Part shown: in pieces, positions 28,425 through 37,306 of the stretch
Layout: the number at the start of each line of letters is the position of its first letter
Position numbering within the stretch: the first letter of the stretch is position 1
DNA from: Spirochaetia bacterium
GTDB lineage: Bacteria; Spirochaetota; Spirochaetia; UBA9216
Direction of reading: 5' to 3'
NCBI GenBank assembly: GCA_963677925.2
Contig: CAXXYH010000004.1
Location: forward strand, 1,472,001-1,536,000
DNA length: 64,000 nucleotides
Position numbers and translations under genes: made by a program
The notes under the pieces: model-generated
Seen by the model: the letters and a program-made list of their open reading frames with translations, nothing else
Database searches by the model: none
Told to the model about the DNA's origin: nothing

Positions 28425-28768
28425 TGGCTAAAAAGGAAATGAATCTCGATGATGTTGTTAAGTTTACCCGTAATGCTGCCTCCATGCACGGCTGGGCGGT
28501 GAATCCTGAAGAGGATTTTCACATGTCTATTGCAGAGGGGCTGCTTGTTAACTATAACCGTTACGGATATTTTCAGTGCCCCTGCCGTGAGGCCTGGGGT
28601 GAGAGAGAAAAAGACAGGGATGTAATCTGCCCATGTTCGTATTGTGCCGACGATGTTAAAGAGTACGGGCACTGTTACTGCGCACTTTACATGTCTGAAG
28701 ATTTTATAAAAAGCGGAGCTGAACCGGGCAGTATTCCGGAGCGGCGCCCTGATGAGCTGGCGCCGTAA
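28424..28768 (+). CDS. Ferredoxin:thioredoxin reductase catalytic-subunit-like protein
   Basis: RYGYFQCPCR, ICPCSY, GHCYCALY, IPERRP; TGATG coupling to the glutaredoxin. Confidence 0.92.
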   Translation: MAKKEMNLDDVVKFTRNAASMHGWAVNPEEDFHMSIAEGLLVNYNRYGYFQCPCREAWGEREKDRDVICPCSYCADDVKEYGHCYCALYMSEDFIKSGAEPGSIPERRPDELAP

Positions 28769-28803
28769 GACACTTAGTATAAAAAATATGGAGAAAGACA
28801 GAG

Positions 28804-29436
28804 ATGAAAGTTAAAAAATTGGCCTTACTTCTTGTCCTGCTGCTTGTAAGCGGAGTCTTTGTGTTCGCAGAAGAAGAAAATGTTTTCAGTAAGTATGACC
28901 AGTCGCTTGGTTTCTACGGAAACTCTACTGGTATGATGGGAATAAGTTATCAGGACTGGAACGGCCGTCTTGGCTATCAGGTTACCGGAGGATTCACATA
29001 CAGTGATGATTACGCGTTTGATGTTTATTCATATGATGGAGAAAATGTTCCTGTAGATATTTTTTCATATAATATCGGTGCTGAAGTATTCTATATGCTT
29101 TATGAAGATTCATATGATGACTGGCTTGCCGGTGCGCTATATGTGTTCGGAAACCTTACGCATATAGGCAGTATCAATACAGATATAACATTTACCGGAA
29201 CTACAATTACTCCAACAGAAGGGGATCCGTATACTGAATATTCAGCATCAGGAGAAACTGACCCTTATTTCACACCAGGCATTGGTCTGGCTGTAGGTGT
29301 AGGTTTTGAAATAGTTTTATTCGACCACTTTTCGATACCGGTTGAAGTAGGTTACGGCGGGGCATGGGAATTCAGTTCTATCGTTCCTGTTAACGGCGGT
29401 TTTATGGCCGGAGGCGGATTCAGATACCGCTATTGA
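28804..29436 (+). CDS. Putative small outer-membrane beta-barrel protein
   Basis: Signal peptide (VFVFA|EEE), Gly/aromatic-rich amphipathic strands, C-terminal FRYRY. Confidence 0.65.
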   Translation: MKVKKLALLLVLLLVSGVFVFAEEENVFSKYDQSLGFYGNSTGMMGISYQDWNGRLGYQVTGGFTYSDDYAFDVYSYDGENVPVDIFSYNIGAEVFYMLYEDSYDDWLAGALYVFGNLTHIGSINTDITFTGTTITPTEGDPYTEYSASGETDPYFTPGIGLAVGVGFEIVLFDHFSIPVEVGYGGAWEFSSIVPVNGGFMAGGGFRYRY

Positions 29437-30565
29437 TGATTACGCCTGCAAACAGCAGGAACCATATAATCAGTATCAGAATAATTGAAAATATATATCC
29501 GGGGGCCTTTGCTCCCGGTTTTTTTGTCTCTGAAGCTCCGGTCTTGTTTCCGGCGCTGTAGAGTGCAAGGATCTTCTGATCGAGTTTTGAGAAAAGCCCT
29601 TCCTTTCCAAGCCTTTCGCCCTCGGTAATCCGTTCAAAATAGTAGAATACAAGAGAGACAAGGCTTCCTATCCGTCCGGGAAAGCTCAGCCCCTGCCTGA
29701 TTGAGTACCGTGAGATGTATATCAGTCCGATCAGCATGAAGGATTTCTGCAGCCCTGATGCCAGTGCTCCCGCTGTGATTTTTACAGGACCTATTTCGGC
29801 AAGTACATAACCGATAGGCGTTATAAGGTTTGCCGCAGTAATACCTGCCAGCATGATAATATTCGGCAGAATACGTATCCTTTTTCCGGATATACCTGAA
29901 AGAATCATGAATAATACAGCCTCAAAAGTGATCAGCAGCAGATTCGGCTGAAAGACAAAAGCCGGGATCATGATCAGCCCGCAGATGAATTTGAACTTCG
30001 GATAATGTGATTTATTAACAGATATTTCAATATCAGCTGCTTTCAGGCTTCCGGCAGAAAATCCGGCATACCACTCCGATACAGCTGTAAACCTGGCTGT
30101 GAACAGTCCAAGCAGTATCGATGTAGCAAGGCCCACCGCAAGAAAGGGCGGCGCAATAAGTACAGCAGCCTGTCCGAAAATGACGGCACGTGCAAACAGC
30201 AGCTGTACTGCATTTGAAGCCATTGCCCCTGCAATGCTTATACCTACATAGGAAACCCGCTTTTTCAGTGCATAGAAAACTATAAGCATGACTGCTGTGC
30301 TTGCAAATGTTCCGGCTGCTGAGAACAGAAAGATATATGAAAAAAGTGTGCCGTTTATCAGTCCCTGCCCGAGAATCTTCAGCAGGGCCAGAAGAAAAAC
30401 TCCTGAAACCGGGAAAACTCCAAGTGAAATCAGAATCGGCAGATTTGCCAGGCCTAGACGCATAAAGGGCATTGGTTTGGGTATGAGGTATTCAATAACC
30501 GAAAGAAACATGCAGAAGGCTGCAAGGATGGCAGTATCAGTAACTGAGATCGTCGATTTCTTCAT
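29420..30565 (-). CDS. Gx transporter / heptaprenyl diphosphate synthase component I family (EetB-like) fused to a partial EcfT-like domain
   Basis: IEYLIPKPMPFMRLGLAN, FSAAGT, GISIAGAMASNAVQL; C-term TPIGYVLAEIGPVKITAGALASGL. Start set at ATG 30565 behind AAGGAGGT. Confidence 0.85.
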   Translation of the reverse strand: MKKSTISVTDTAILAAFCMFLSVIEYLIPKPMPFMRLGLANLPILISLGVFPVSGVFLLALLKILGQGLINGTLFSYIFLFSAAGTFASTAVMLIVFYALKKRVSYVGISIAGAMASNAVQLLFARAVIFGQAAVLIAPPFLAVGLATSILLGLFTARFTAVSEWYAGFSAGSLKAADIEISVNKSHYPKFKFICGLIMIPAFVFQPNLLLITFEAVLFMILSGISGKRIRILPNIIMLAGITAANLITPIGYVLAEIGPVKITAGALASGLQKSFMLIGLIYISRYSIRQGLSFPGRIGSLVSLVFYYFERITEGERLGKEGLFSKLDQKILALYSAGNKTGASETKKPGAKAPGYIFSIILILIIWFLLFAGVIINSGI

Positions 30566-30914
30566 CCTGAGAACCTCCTTCAATCGATATGAATATTCTG
30601 TTGGGCAGGCATGCCGCCCAGTGTCCCGGTTTTGTAATATCACCCATGAGTACACAGAGTTTATCTTCACACGGTGAGTCTGAAATACTGGCTTTACCGT
30701 CTTTTATCACAATGTGCGAATGCCCGATCGGTCCTTCAATATCAAATTCCGCATCCTTATCAAGGGGGTAGATATACTGACCTTCATCACTGTCAATAAT
30801 GAGTCTGGCTGCCGAGGAGTTGCCCGTGTAGATCATAATCGAAAGAAGTACGATAGCAAGAACAGAAACCGCGGCAATAATATAGTCAAATGGTTTCAAT
30901 TGGCCTTTAAACAT
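30537..30914 (-). CDS. NusG domain II-containing membrane-anchored protein (EetA-like)
   Basis: LKPFDYII + TM, EGPIG, SDSPCEDKLCVLMG, ACLPNRIFI. Start set at ATG 30914. Confidence 0.9.
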   Translation of the reverse strand: MFKGQLKPFDYIIAAVSVLAIVLLSIMIYTGNSSAARLIIDSDEGQYIYPLDKDAEFDIEGPIGHSHIVIKDGKASISDSPCEDKLCVLMGDITKPGHWAACLPNRIFISIEGGSQDEEIDDLSY

Positions 30915-30999
30915 GTGCGGTATACTATATAATAAATATTGAAAAAGGTAAGCTTTTAGGTAATAATTTATCGAAAAAACTTTTAAATTCGGGTGGAAA

Positions 31000-31749
31000 A
31001 TGCTTGAAATAAGCGGCTGCAGAGCTGCATATGGTGACAATATTATTTTTGATGACCTCTCATGTTCCTTTGCTCCGGGAGATTCGGTGAGCATAGTGGG
31101 GGCTTCTGGCTGCGGGAAGTCTACTCTGGTCCTGACAGCCTCGGGATTGCTCAGTCCCTCTGTCGGCAGTGTAAGACTGGACGGGATGCCGCTTCAGCGC
31201 GGGGATTCCCGGGTAGGACTTATTCTTCAGAATTACGGACTTTTTCCCTGGATGACTGTTTTTGAAAATGCATCTCTGAGTCTCAGAATCAAGGGCGGAT
31301 TCAGAGGCAGAACCGTATCCGCCGATTCCCGGGTCCGGGTTATGGATATACTTAGGGAGCTTGGGCTTGAACAGAAGGAAAAGGAGTATCCGTCAAACCT
31401 CAGCGGCGGCGAACAGCAGCGGGTGGCAATTGCAAGGGCTATAGTAGCCAAACCGGAGGTTCTTCTGATGGATGAGCCCTTTTCAGCTCTCGATGCGATA
31501 AGCAGGGAGAATCTGCAGGATATGGTGAAGAATGTAATCATGCAGCATAAGCTGATGATGATAATGGTGACTCACAGTGTCGAGGAAGCTGTTTATATGG
31601 GCTCCCGTCTGATGATTATGAAAAAAACTGATAAGGGTGCAGTCCTTGATGAACTGCCCAATCCTTCATGGGACAGGCCTGATGTCCGCCTTGATGATCT
31701 GTACTTTTTGACTGTGAAGGAGCTTCGAAAAAGGCTGAAGAATGGGTGA
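31000..31749 (+). CDS. NitT/TauT-family ABC transporter ATP-binding protein
   Basis: GASGCGKST, QNYGLFPW, LSGGEQQR, LMDEPFSALD, VTHSVEEA. Confidence 0.95.
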   Translation: MLEISGCRAAYGDNIIFDDLSCSFAPGDSVSIVGASGCGKSTLVLTASGLLSPSVGSVRLDGMPLQRGDSRVGLILQNYGLFPWMTVFENASLSLRIKGGFRGRTVSADSRVRVMDILRELGLEQKEKEYPSNLSGGEQQRVAIARAIVAKPEVLLMDEPFSALDAISRENLQDMVKNVIMQHKLMMIMVTHSVEEAVYMGSRLMIMKKTDKGAVLDELPNPSWDRPDVRLDDLYFLTVKELRKRLKNG

Positions 31750-32365
31750 ACTTACTGCTTTTTCTGAAATTGTCTCAGCTGTGGCCTTCTCTCTGGGAAG
31801 AATATTAGTTTCTTTGTTAATTGCAGTTGCAGCAGCAGTTCCGGCAGCGGTGTTTACCGGAACAAAACCTTTTCTATGTAGACTGTTTTCACCGCTTATC
31901 ATGTTTCTGTACTCCATCCCAAAAATAGCGCTTTTCCCGCTTGCACTGCTTGTTTTCGGATTCAACGATGCTGCCAGAATAATGACTGCAGCCCTTGTTG
32001 TTTTTTTTCAGACTCTTATTACTGTCATAGACAGTATCCGCAGGCTTCCTCCTGAGTACAGGATTTCCATTGATTCTGTCGGAGCCGGGCGTTTTCAGAG
32101 ATTTCTGTTCCTGTATCTGCCGGCAGCTATGCCGGCAATATTTACCTCGCTGCGGATCGGTGTCGGGGCTGCTTTTGCGGTGCTTTTTTTTACAGAAGCT
32201 TCTATAACCAGAGGTTACGGACTCGGCAGGCTGGTAATTGAAAGCTGGTCCAGGCTCGATTACGGGACTATGATTCTGGCGGTTTTGCTGTCTGCCGTAT
32301 CGGGACTGGTTCTCTTTATAATTATTGATTTAGCTGAAAAACGGCTATTAAAGTGGAAGGCCTGA
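31742..32365 (+). CDS. NitT/TauT-family ABC permease (N-terminally short)
   Basis: SLGRI, YSIPKIALFP, EAA-loop-like SIDSVGAGRFQ, LFFTE, GLG. Confidence 0.88.
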   Translation: MGELTAFSEIVSAVAFSLGRILVSLLIAVAAAVPAAVFTGTKPFLCRLFSPLIMFLYSIPKIALFPLALLVFGFNDAARIMTAALVVFFQTLITVIDSIRRLPPEYRISIDSVGAGRFQRFLFLYLPAAMPAIFTSLRIGVGAAFAVLFFTEASITRGYGLGRLVIESWSRLDYGTMILAVLLSAVSGLVLFIIIDLAEKRLLKWKA

Positions 32366-33166
32366 GTTCTTTCGGGTATTCCATCTGCACAGCAGTCCCT
32401 CTGCCAGCCTGATTGTTCCAAAAATTACTCCGCTTATAAAAGTTAGTACCAGGATACCGCTGTAAAGATCTGTATAATCCATCCGTACCCGTGAGTCCAT
32501 TATATAAAAGCCCATACCATAGGTGGTTCCGAAATATTCAGAGAAAAAAAGTACTGCCACCGAGATTCCTGCTGAAATCCGTAATGTTGAAAACAGCCCC
32601 GGAAGCACTGCCGGCATGATCAGATACCTCAACTCGTCCGTTTTACCACCTCCGGAAGCCTGCAGGGATTTATAATAGCTTTCATCAATTCCGGCGGTGC
32701 TGTCTCTTACGCTTATGACTATTTGAAAGACAAGCGAAAAGGTGATCAGCAGTACTTTTGAAAACTCTCCTATCCCGAAGGCCAGTACGAATATCGGAAT
32801 CAGGGCCGTTTTGGGAAGGGGGTAGAGCAGGTAGGAGGCAATGCTTATGAAGCCTTTTCCTGAAGGTCTGCTAAGCCTGCGTCCGCGGATACCGGCAGCA
32901 ATACCTGCAGGTATTCCAATCAGTGCTGCTATAAGGCTGCCGGCGGCTATCCGGTAAAGACTGTAAAGCATATGATGAATAAGTCCGGGGCTGAATGGAA
33001 TACTGTATAAGCAGGCTGAGAACCGCGGCAGCAAGGGCGTATCAGCCAGTACCGCCGCTGTTTCCCAAAGGATGAAAAATGAGGATAAAATCAGGGCAGG
33101 TAGGATGTATCTACCAGTTCCCCGAAAGAGTATTCTTTTTTGATAAGCTGTCTTGAGCTCAGCCAT
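32348..33166 (-). CDS. NitT/TauT-family ABC permease
   Basis: SLYRI, YPLPKTALIP, PAVLPGLFSTLRIS, LFFSEYFGTTYGMGFYIMD. SD GAGGT; overlaps the SBP gene by 76 nt. Confidence 0.9.
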   Translation of the reverse strand: MAELKTAYQKRILFRGTGRYILPALILSSFFILWETAAVLADTPLLPRFSACLYSIPFSPGLIHHMLYSLYRIAAGSLIAALIGIPAGIAAGIRGRRLSRPSGKGFISIASYLLYPLPKTALIPIFVLAFGIGEFSKVLLITFSLVFQIVISVRDSTAGIDESYYKSLQASGGGKTDELRYLIMPAVLPGLFSTLRISAGISVAVLFFSEYFGTTYGMGFYIMDSRVRMDYTDLYSGILVLTFISGVIFGTIRLAEGLLCRWNTRKNSGLPL

Positions 33167-34047
33167 TCGATTACCTCTTTTACTTCCTTCTCCGGAGGAG
33201 CTGCTGCCTTTGTGTATGCCGGAAGTTCCATGACTTCCTTTGCTGCCGGAGGGAATCCCATCTCGCTTATAATGCTGTCGATATACTCATTTTTATCTGT
33301 TTCGATGAGATAATCAACCGCCTTGTTGTAGGCTGTAAAAAGAGCAGTTAATGCCTTGCTGTTTTCGGATGCGTAGTCGGTTCCAGCAAGAAGAATTCCA
33401 GGATTAATTCCGAGTTTATCGGTGGATGTGAGCACATTTGCTCCGGAAGTTACCGATACAGTCGCAAGCGGTTCTGCGAGGGTTGCTCCGTCAATCCTGC
33501 TGTTTGAAAGAAGTTCAAGTCTGACGGGAATCTGGGGGATAATTTCCTTAACAATAACTGAATCGGATAATCCGCCCGCCTTGAGCATTTTATCGGTTGC
33601 ATATTCGATTATTGTATTCTTTGAGATACCTATGCTTTTACCGGTAAGATCGCTTATGGATGTAATTCCCGATTCTGCTGATGTGAGCAGTTTATATGAA
33701 CCGTTTGTAGCTGCAACAGCCCGGACGTCAAAGCCGCCGTTCACGGAAAATGCGGCGGCAAGCAGATCTGAAATCACCAGGTCAATTTCTCCTGCTTGAA
33801 AGGCTGCATCCCTGTCATTGGGGTTTTTGAACTGCATTATTTCAACTTCAATGCCTTCTTCACCGTAGTAGCCGTTAAGATCGGCAATAACGAATGGAAT
33901 TGAATCAACGTCGGGAAGCACTCCCAGACGAATGTGAGTTATCTGTTCAACTTTATTGATATCTGTACTTTTTTCTGAATTTCCTGCTGAAAAAGCAGAT
34001 ACTGTCAGCATAAGCATCAGCAGCATCAAAAGAAATTTTTTAATCAT
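33091..34047 (-). CDS. NitT/TauT (NMT1/THI5-like) ABC substrate-binding protein
   Basis: Signal peptide ending SAFSAGNSE; GVLPDVDSIP, RDAAFQAGEID, GISKNTIIEY, IPVRLELL, LAEPLA. Start ATG 34047 behind GGAG (34059 also possible). Confidence 0.9.
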   Translation of the reverse strand: MIKKFLLMLLMLMLTVSAFSAGNSEKSTDINKVEQITHIRLGVLPDVDSIPFVIADLNGYYGEEGIEVEIMQFKNPNDRDAAFQAGEIDLVISDLLAAAFSVNGGFDVRAVAATNGSYKLLTSAESGITSISDLTGKSIGISKNTIIEYATDKMLKAGGLSDSVIVKEIIPQIPVRLELLSNSRIDGATLAEPLATVSVTSGANVLTSTDKLGINPGILLAGTDYASENSKALTALFTAYNKAVDYLIETDKNEYIDSIISEMGFPPAAKEVMELPAYTKAAAPPEKEVKEVIEWLSSRQLIKKEYSFGELVDTSYLP

Positions 34048-34075
34048 TCGAATCTCCATATAATTAAAATGTCGC

Positions 34076-34092
34076 TTAGTAATTATTACTAA
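34076..34092. promoter_or_regulatory. Palindromic operator upstream of the SBP operon
   Basis: Perfect palindrome TTAGTAAT-T-ATTACTAA; cognate regulator unknown. Confidence 0.45.
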
Positions 34093-34163
34093 ATAAATAA
34101 TGTATAGTTCAAGCCCTTTAAACCGGGATTAACCCATATTCCATAAGGGTATATTATATAGCC

Positions 34164-34610
34164 GTGGATTGCAAAATTAAGCAGATTACGGAAGGAAATT
34201 ATACCTGTTTATCAAGCCTCGTGAAAGACAGGACGGCCATTGATTTTTCCTTTGTTAAATCAGCTTTTGATGAATGGATTTCGGGAAAAAACAGATTTGA
34301 CCGAAAAGGTGAAATACTTCTCGGTGTTTTTGCAGGGGATGAGTGTGCCGGAATTTGCGGCCTGAATATTGATCCCTATGCTGAAGACTTGCGTCTTGGC
34401 AGAGTCAGGCATCTGTTTATATGCGAGGCCTACCGGCGTCAGGGCCTTGGACAGCAGCTGCTGACCAGTATCATAGAACAGGCTTCAGAGAATTTCGACC
34501 GGATTCGTTTATATACAGACAGTAAAGCTGCAGCAGCTCTATATGAGAAAACGGGGTTCAGGAAGTCCTTCCGATTTAAAGAAAGTCACATTATGGATTT
34601 GAAAGTTTGA
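34164..34610 (+). CDS. GNAT acetyltransferase
   Basis: GICGLNIDPY, GRVRHLFI, RRQGLGQQL, LYEKTGF; GTG start. Confidence 0.9.
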   Translation: MDCKIKQITEGNYTCLSSLVKDRTAIDFSFVKSAFDEWISGKNRFDRKGEILLGVFAGDECAGICGLNIDPYAEDLRLGRVRHLFICEAYRRQGLGQQLLTSIIEQASENFDRIRLYTDSKAAAALYEKTGFRKSFRFKESHIMDLKV

Positions 34611-34635
34611 CTGCCTAATAAAATCATGATAATCT
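34607..34635 (+). promoter_or_regulatory. Putative leaderless sigma70 promoter of the thioesterase
   Basis: TTGACT-N17-TAATCT (with TG extension), 6 nt before ATG 34642. Confidence 0.6.
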
Positions 34636-34641
34636 CAGCGC

Positions 34642-35052
34642 ATGACAGAAACTGAAATAATTGTGAGATATGCCGAAACCGACCAGATGGGGATTGTTCA
34701 CCATGCTGTTTACCCGGTCTGGTTTGAGGCTGCCAGAACAGATATGATGGAAAAGGCGGGCTATCCCTATTCGAGAATTGAGGAAGAAGGGATTATGATT
34801 CCACTCTCCCATCTTGAGTGTGATTACCTTGCCGGAGCAAAATATGGAGAGAGGGTGATTGTAAGCTGCAGAGTTGAAAAGCTTTCAATCGCACGCTTTG
34901 CTATGGCCTATGAGGTCCGGCGGAAGGATGACGGTGAGCTGCTCGCAACCGGGAAGTCGATGCACGGCTGGACAGATACGAATCTTAATGTGATTAATCT
35001 GAAAAAACGAGCTCCGGATTTATATAATTTTCTGGAGAATATGGGGAAGTAG
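34642..35052 (+). CDS. YbgC/4HBT-family acyl-CoA thioesterase
   Basis: VRYAETDQMGIVHHAVYPVWFEAAR hot-dog motif. Confidence 0.93.
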   Translation: MTETEIIVRYAETDQMGIVHHAVYPVWFEAARTDMMEKAGYPYSRIEEEGIMIPLSHLECDYLAGAKYGERVIVSCRVEKLSIARFAMAYEVRRKDDGELLATGKSMHGWTDTNLNVINLKKRAPDLYNFLENMGK

Positions 35053-35112
35053 GAGTTCCGCTGTGAGATGCGTTGAACGGTTCAGGGCGGCCATTTATGA
35101 TATTTTTGAAGG

Positions 35113-35655
35113 ATGGAAAAAGTGATTGAAATGAAAAATTCAGAATTAATTTATAAGGCCTGCAGCCTTGGTCTGCAGACAAAAAGCCTTAATAATCACT
35201 GTTCACAAGCCTGTCTGTGCGGGATAGCACCTCATATCGGGCTTGATGATGCTATGGCCCTTAAGATGATGGCCGCTATGGGCGGAGGTATGAGGCATGG
35301 ACAGCTTTGCGGTGCTGTGACTGCAGCCGGAGTAGCATTAGGGCTGGAATTCGGTGCGGAATCTTTAAAAAAGAATCCTGATGAAACTGCCCGGGATAAA
35401 AGGCTCGGGGAGCTTACCGAGGAATTTGTTGCAAGGTTTAAGGATGTATTGAGCACTACGCTCTGTGATGACATACTAGAGTCCGAGCTTGAATCTTTCA
35501 GCTGGGATATGCCTGAGGAGCTGAATTTTGTACCTAACACGGATAATGAAAACGGAAATGAGTACAACATAAAGCATCCATCCTGCGGAGTAGCGATAAC
35601 CAAGGCCATTGAAATAGCCCTTGATATTATCTACCGGGAGAGAGACTTGGCTTAG
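35113..35655 (+). CDS. C-GCAxxG-C-C family putative redox protein
   Basis: HCSQA, GGGM...CGAVTA, TTLCDDI, SCG. Start may be 35131. Confidence 0.85.
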   Translation: MEKVIEMKNSELIYKACSLGLQTKSLNNHCSQACLCGIAPHIGLDDAMALKMMAAMGGGMRHGQLCGAVTAAGVALGLEFGAESLKKNPDETARDKRLGELTEEFVARFKDVLSTTLCDDILESELESFSWDMPEELNFVPNTDNENGNEYNIKHPSCGVAITKAIEIALDIIYRERDLA

Positions 35656-35656
35656 T

Positions 35657-36505
35657 TCAGGGAGCAATGGCCTTTTCATAGAAATGCTGTGCGAAAGGAT
35701 TATCATTATATCTTTCAATTTCATGATAACCGTATCCCCGATACATGGCCTTTGCTTCGTTAAGATTATCGTTGGTATCCAGCCGGACTGTTTTTTTTCC
35801 GGCCCGGAAAGCCTCTGCTTCAAGCTGTCCAAGTATTTTGGAAGCGATTCCCCGCCCCCTGCAGGATGAAGCTACCCACATTCTTTTCACTTCTGCAAAA
35901 TCGGGATACATTACTACAGCACCGCATCCAACGGTTGCTCCATGAAGATCTGCAATAAAAAATATACCATTCTCCATTTGTCCCGGATCAAAGTGCATCC
36001 CGAATCTGTCTGAAAGTTCAGAATAGTATGATTCAAGAGATTTCTGAGCACGGGGGTCGGATTCTTTGACCCTGATCAACTGAACCGCGGCGGTTTCAAG
36101 CAGCTGTTCAACTTTTTTCATTGCCCCGGTAAGAATCTGCTGTTTTTTTTCAGGCAGTTTTGTCAGCAATTCTGTCATCTCTAGATCTGAAAGTCTGTTC
36201 AGTTCCTGCAGTTCAATAATTCCCGCTTCAGTCAGCTGAACCTGCCGAATCCGGCGATCCTTAGGAGAAGGTTCAGTTTTAATCAATGATTCCTTTTCGA
36301 GAGTCCGTAGCAGGCGTGACATGTAGCCTGAATCAACCCCCAGCCTGTCCCGCAGCGTACGTACCTCTGCTCCTTCAGTGCCTATCTCATATATTAATCG
36401 CGATGCCGCAAGGGGTCTTGGACGGCCGAGATACTGCCTGTTGAATATGCCGATGCTGCGGGTTACGGTGCGGTTGAATTCCCGCATAATCTCAATATTA
36501 TTCAT
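35657..36505 (-). CDS. Bifunctional MarR-HTH / GNAT protein
   Basis: REFNR, LGVDSGYMSRLL, DRR, LTEAG; C-term AEVKRMWV, RGRGIA, RLDTN, YNDNPFA. Confidence 0.92.
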   Translation of the reverse strand: MNNIEIMREFNRTVTRSIGIFNRQYLGRPRPLAASRLIYEIGTEGAEVRTLRDRLGVDSGYMSRLLRTLEKESLIKTEPSPKDRRIRQVQLTEAGIIELQELNRLSDLEMTELLTKLPEKKQQILTGAMKKVEQLLETAAVQLIRVKESDPRAQKSLESYYSELSDRFGMHFDPGQMENGIFFIADLHGATVGCGAVVMYPDFAEVKRMWVASSCRGRGIASKILGQLEAEAFRAGKKTVRLDTNDNLNEAKAMYRGYGYHEIERYNDNPFAQHFYEKAIAP

Positions 36506-36542
36506 AATATCTGATTTTAGTCAGATATTATTACTTGTTCAA
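36505..36542 (-). promoter_or_regulatory. Promoter with overlapping autoregulatory palindrome for the MarR-GNAT gene
   Basis: TTGAAC-N17-TAAAAT 8 nt before the ATG; perfect 10-bp inverted repeat TAATATCTGA-N6-TCAGATATTA (36505-36530) covering the -10. Confidence 0.65.
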
Positions 36543-36574
36543 GATTTTAATTAAAGATACAGGAAAAAAATAAC

Positions 36575-36594
36575 TACGACACAGGGCTGTCGTA
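36575..36594 (+). promoter_or_regulatory. Palindrome resembling a WYL/YafY-family regulator site
   Basis: TACGACA-N6-TGTCGTA just upstream of TG-TATTAT, in front of the GyrI-like gene. Confidence 0.55.
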
Positions 36595-36632
36595 TATACT
36601 GTATTATCCTCGTTTTAACAGGAGTGAAAAAT

Positions 36633-37256
36633 ATGAAACATGAATGGAAAAAACAGGAAAAGCAGTTTTATCTTCCTAAAAATAAACCGGAAATTATTGA
36701 GATACCCGAAATGAAATTCTTTACTGTCAGCGGTGAAGGAAACCCCAATGATGAAGCCTTGGGTGAATATATCGGTGTTCTCTACTCGCTGTCATATGCT
36801 GTCCGGATGAGTCCGAAGAAGGGATTAGCACCGGATGGATATTTCGAGTATACAGTGTATCCGCTTGAGGGAGTGTGGAGTCTGACAAAAAAGGGAATTG
36901 CTGAAAATGACGGAAGTCTGAATAAAGATCATCTGGCTTTCACATTGATGATACGGCAGCCTGATTTTGTGACTTATGAGTATGCCCTGGAAACAATAGA
37001 ACGTCTAAAGAAAAACAAGCCGCATGAACTGCTTGAAAAGGCTGATTTTCAGACTTTAGCAGAAGGTAAATGCATTCAGATGCTGCACAATGGCCCCTAT
37101 GATGATGAACCGGAAAGCTTTGCTATGATGGAAGAGTATGCTGAAAGCATCGGAGTAAAAAGACTGTCTAAGAATCATCGTGAGATTTATCTGTCTGATG
37201 CCAGGAAGACAGAGCCTGTAAAGCTTAAAACCGTTCTGCGGTTTGAGTGCGAATAA
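36633..37256 (+). CDS. GyrI-like small-molecule-binding protein
   Basis: MKHEWKK, GEGNPN, YTVYPLEGVW, MIRQPDFV, HNGPYDDEP, HREIYLSD, LKTVLR. SD CAGGAG; GTG 36624 is an alternative start. Confidence 0.9.
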   Translation: MKHEWKKQEKQFYLPKNKPEIIEIPEMKFFTVSGEGNPNDEALGEYIGVLYSLSYAVRMSPKKGLAPDGYFEYTVYPLEGVWSLTKKGIAENDGSLNKDHLAFTLMIRQPDFVTYEYALETIERLKKNKPHELLEKADFQTLAEGKCIQMLHNGPYDDEPESFAMMEEYAESIGVKRLSKNHREIYLSDARKTEPVKLKTVLRFECE

Positions 37257-37260
37257 GAGA

Positions 37261-37295
37261 AAAAGGCCGGAAGTGAATGTTTCCAGCCTTATTTA
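37261..37295. terminator. Probable bidirectional terminator
   Basis: AAGGCCGGAA/TTCCAGCCTT hairpin flanked by an A-tract and TATTT, between convergent genes. Confidence 0.5.
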
Positions 37296-37306
37296 TCGGC
37301 TGCTCT

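Noticed and set aside
34642-35052. Thioesterase as DHNA-CoA thioesterase of the quinone module
   Set aside because: Generic YbgC-like motif, on the opposite strand with its own promoter, and the futalosine route has no CoA-thioester step.
35113-35655. Possible selenoprotein in the C-GCAxxG-C-C family
   Set aside because: All motif cysteines are TGT/TGC; no in-frame TGA.
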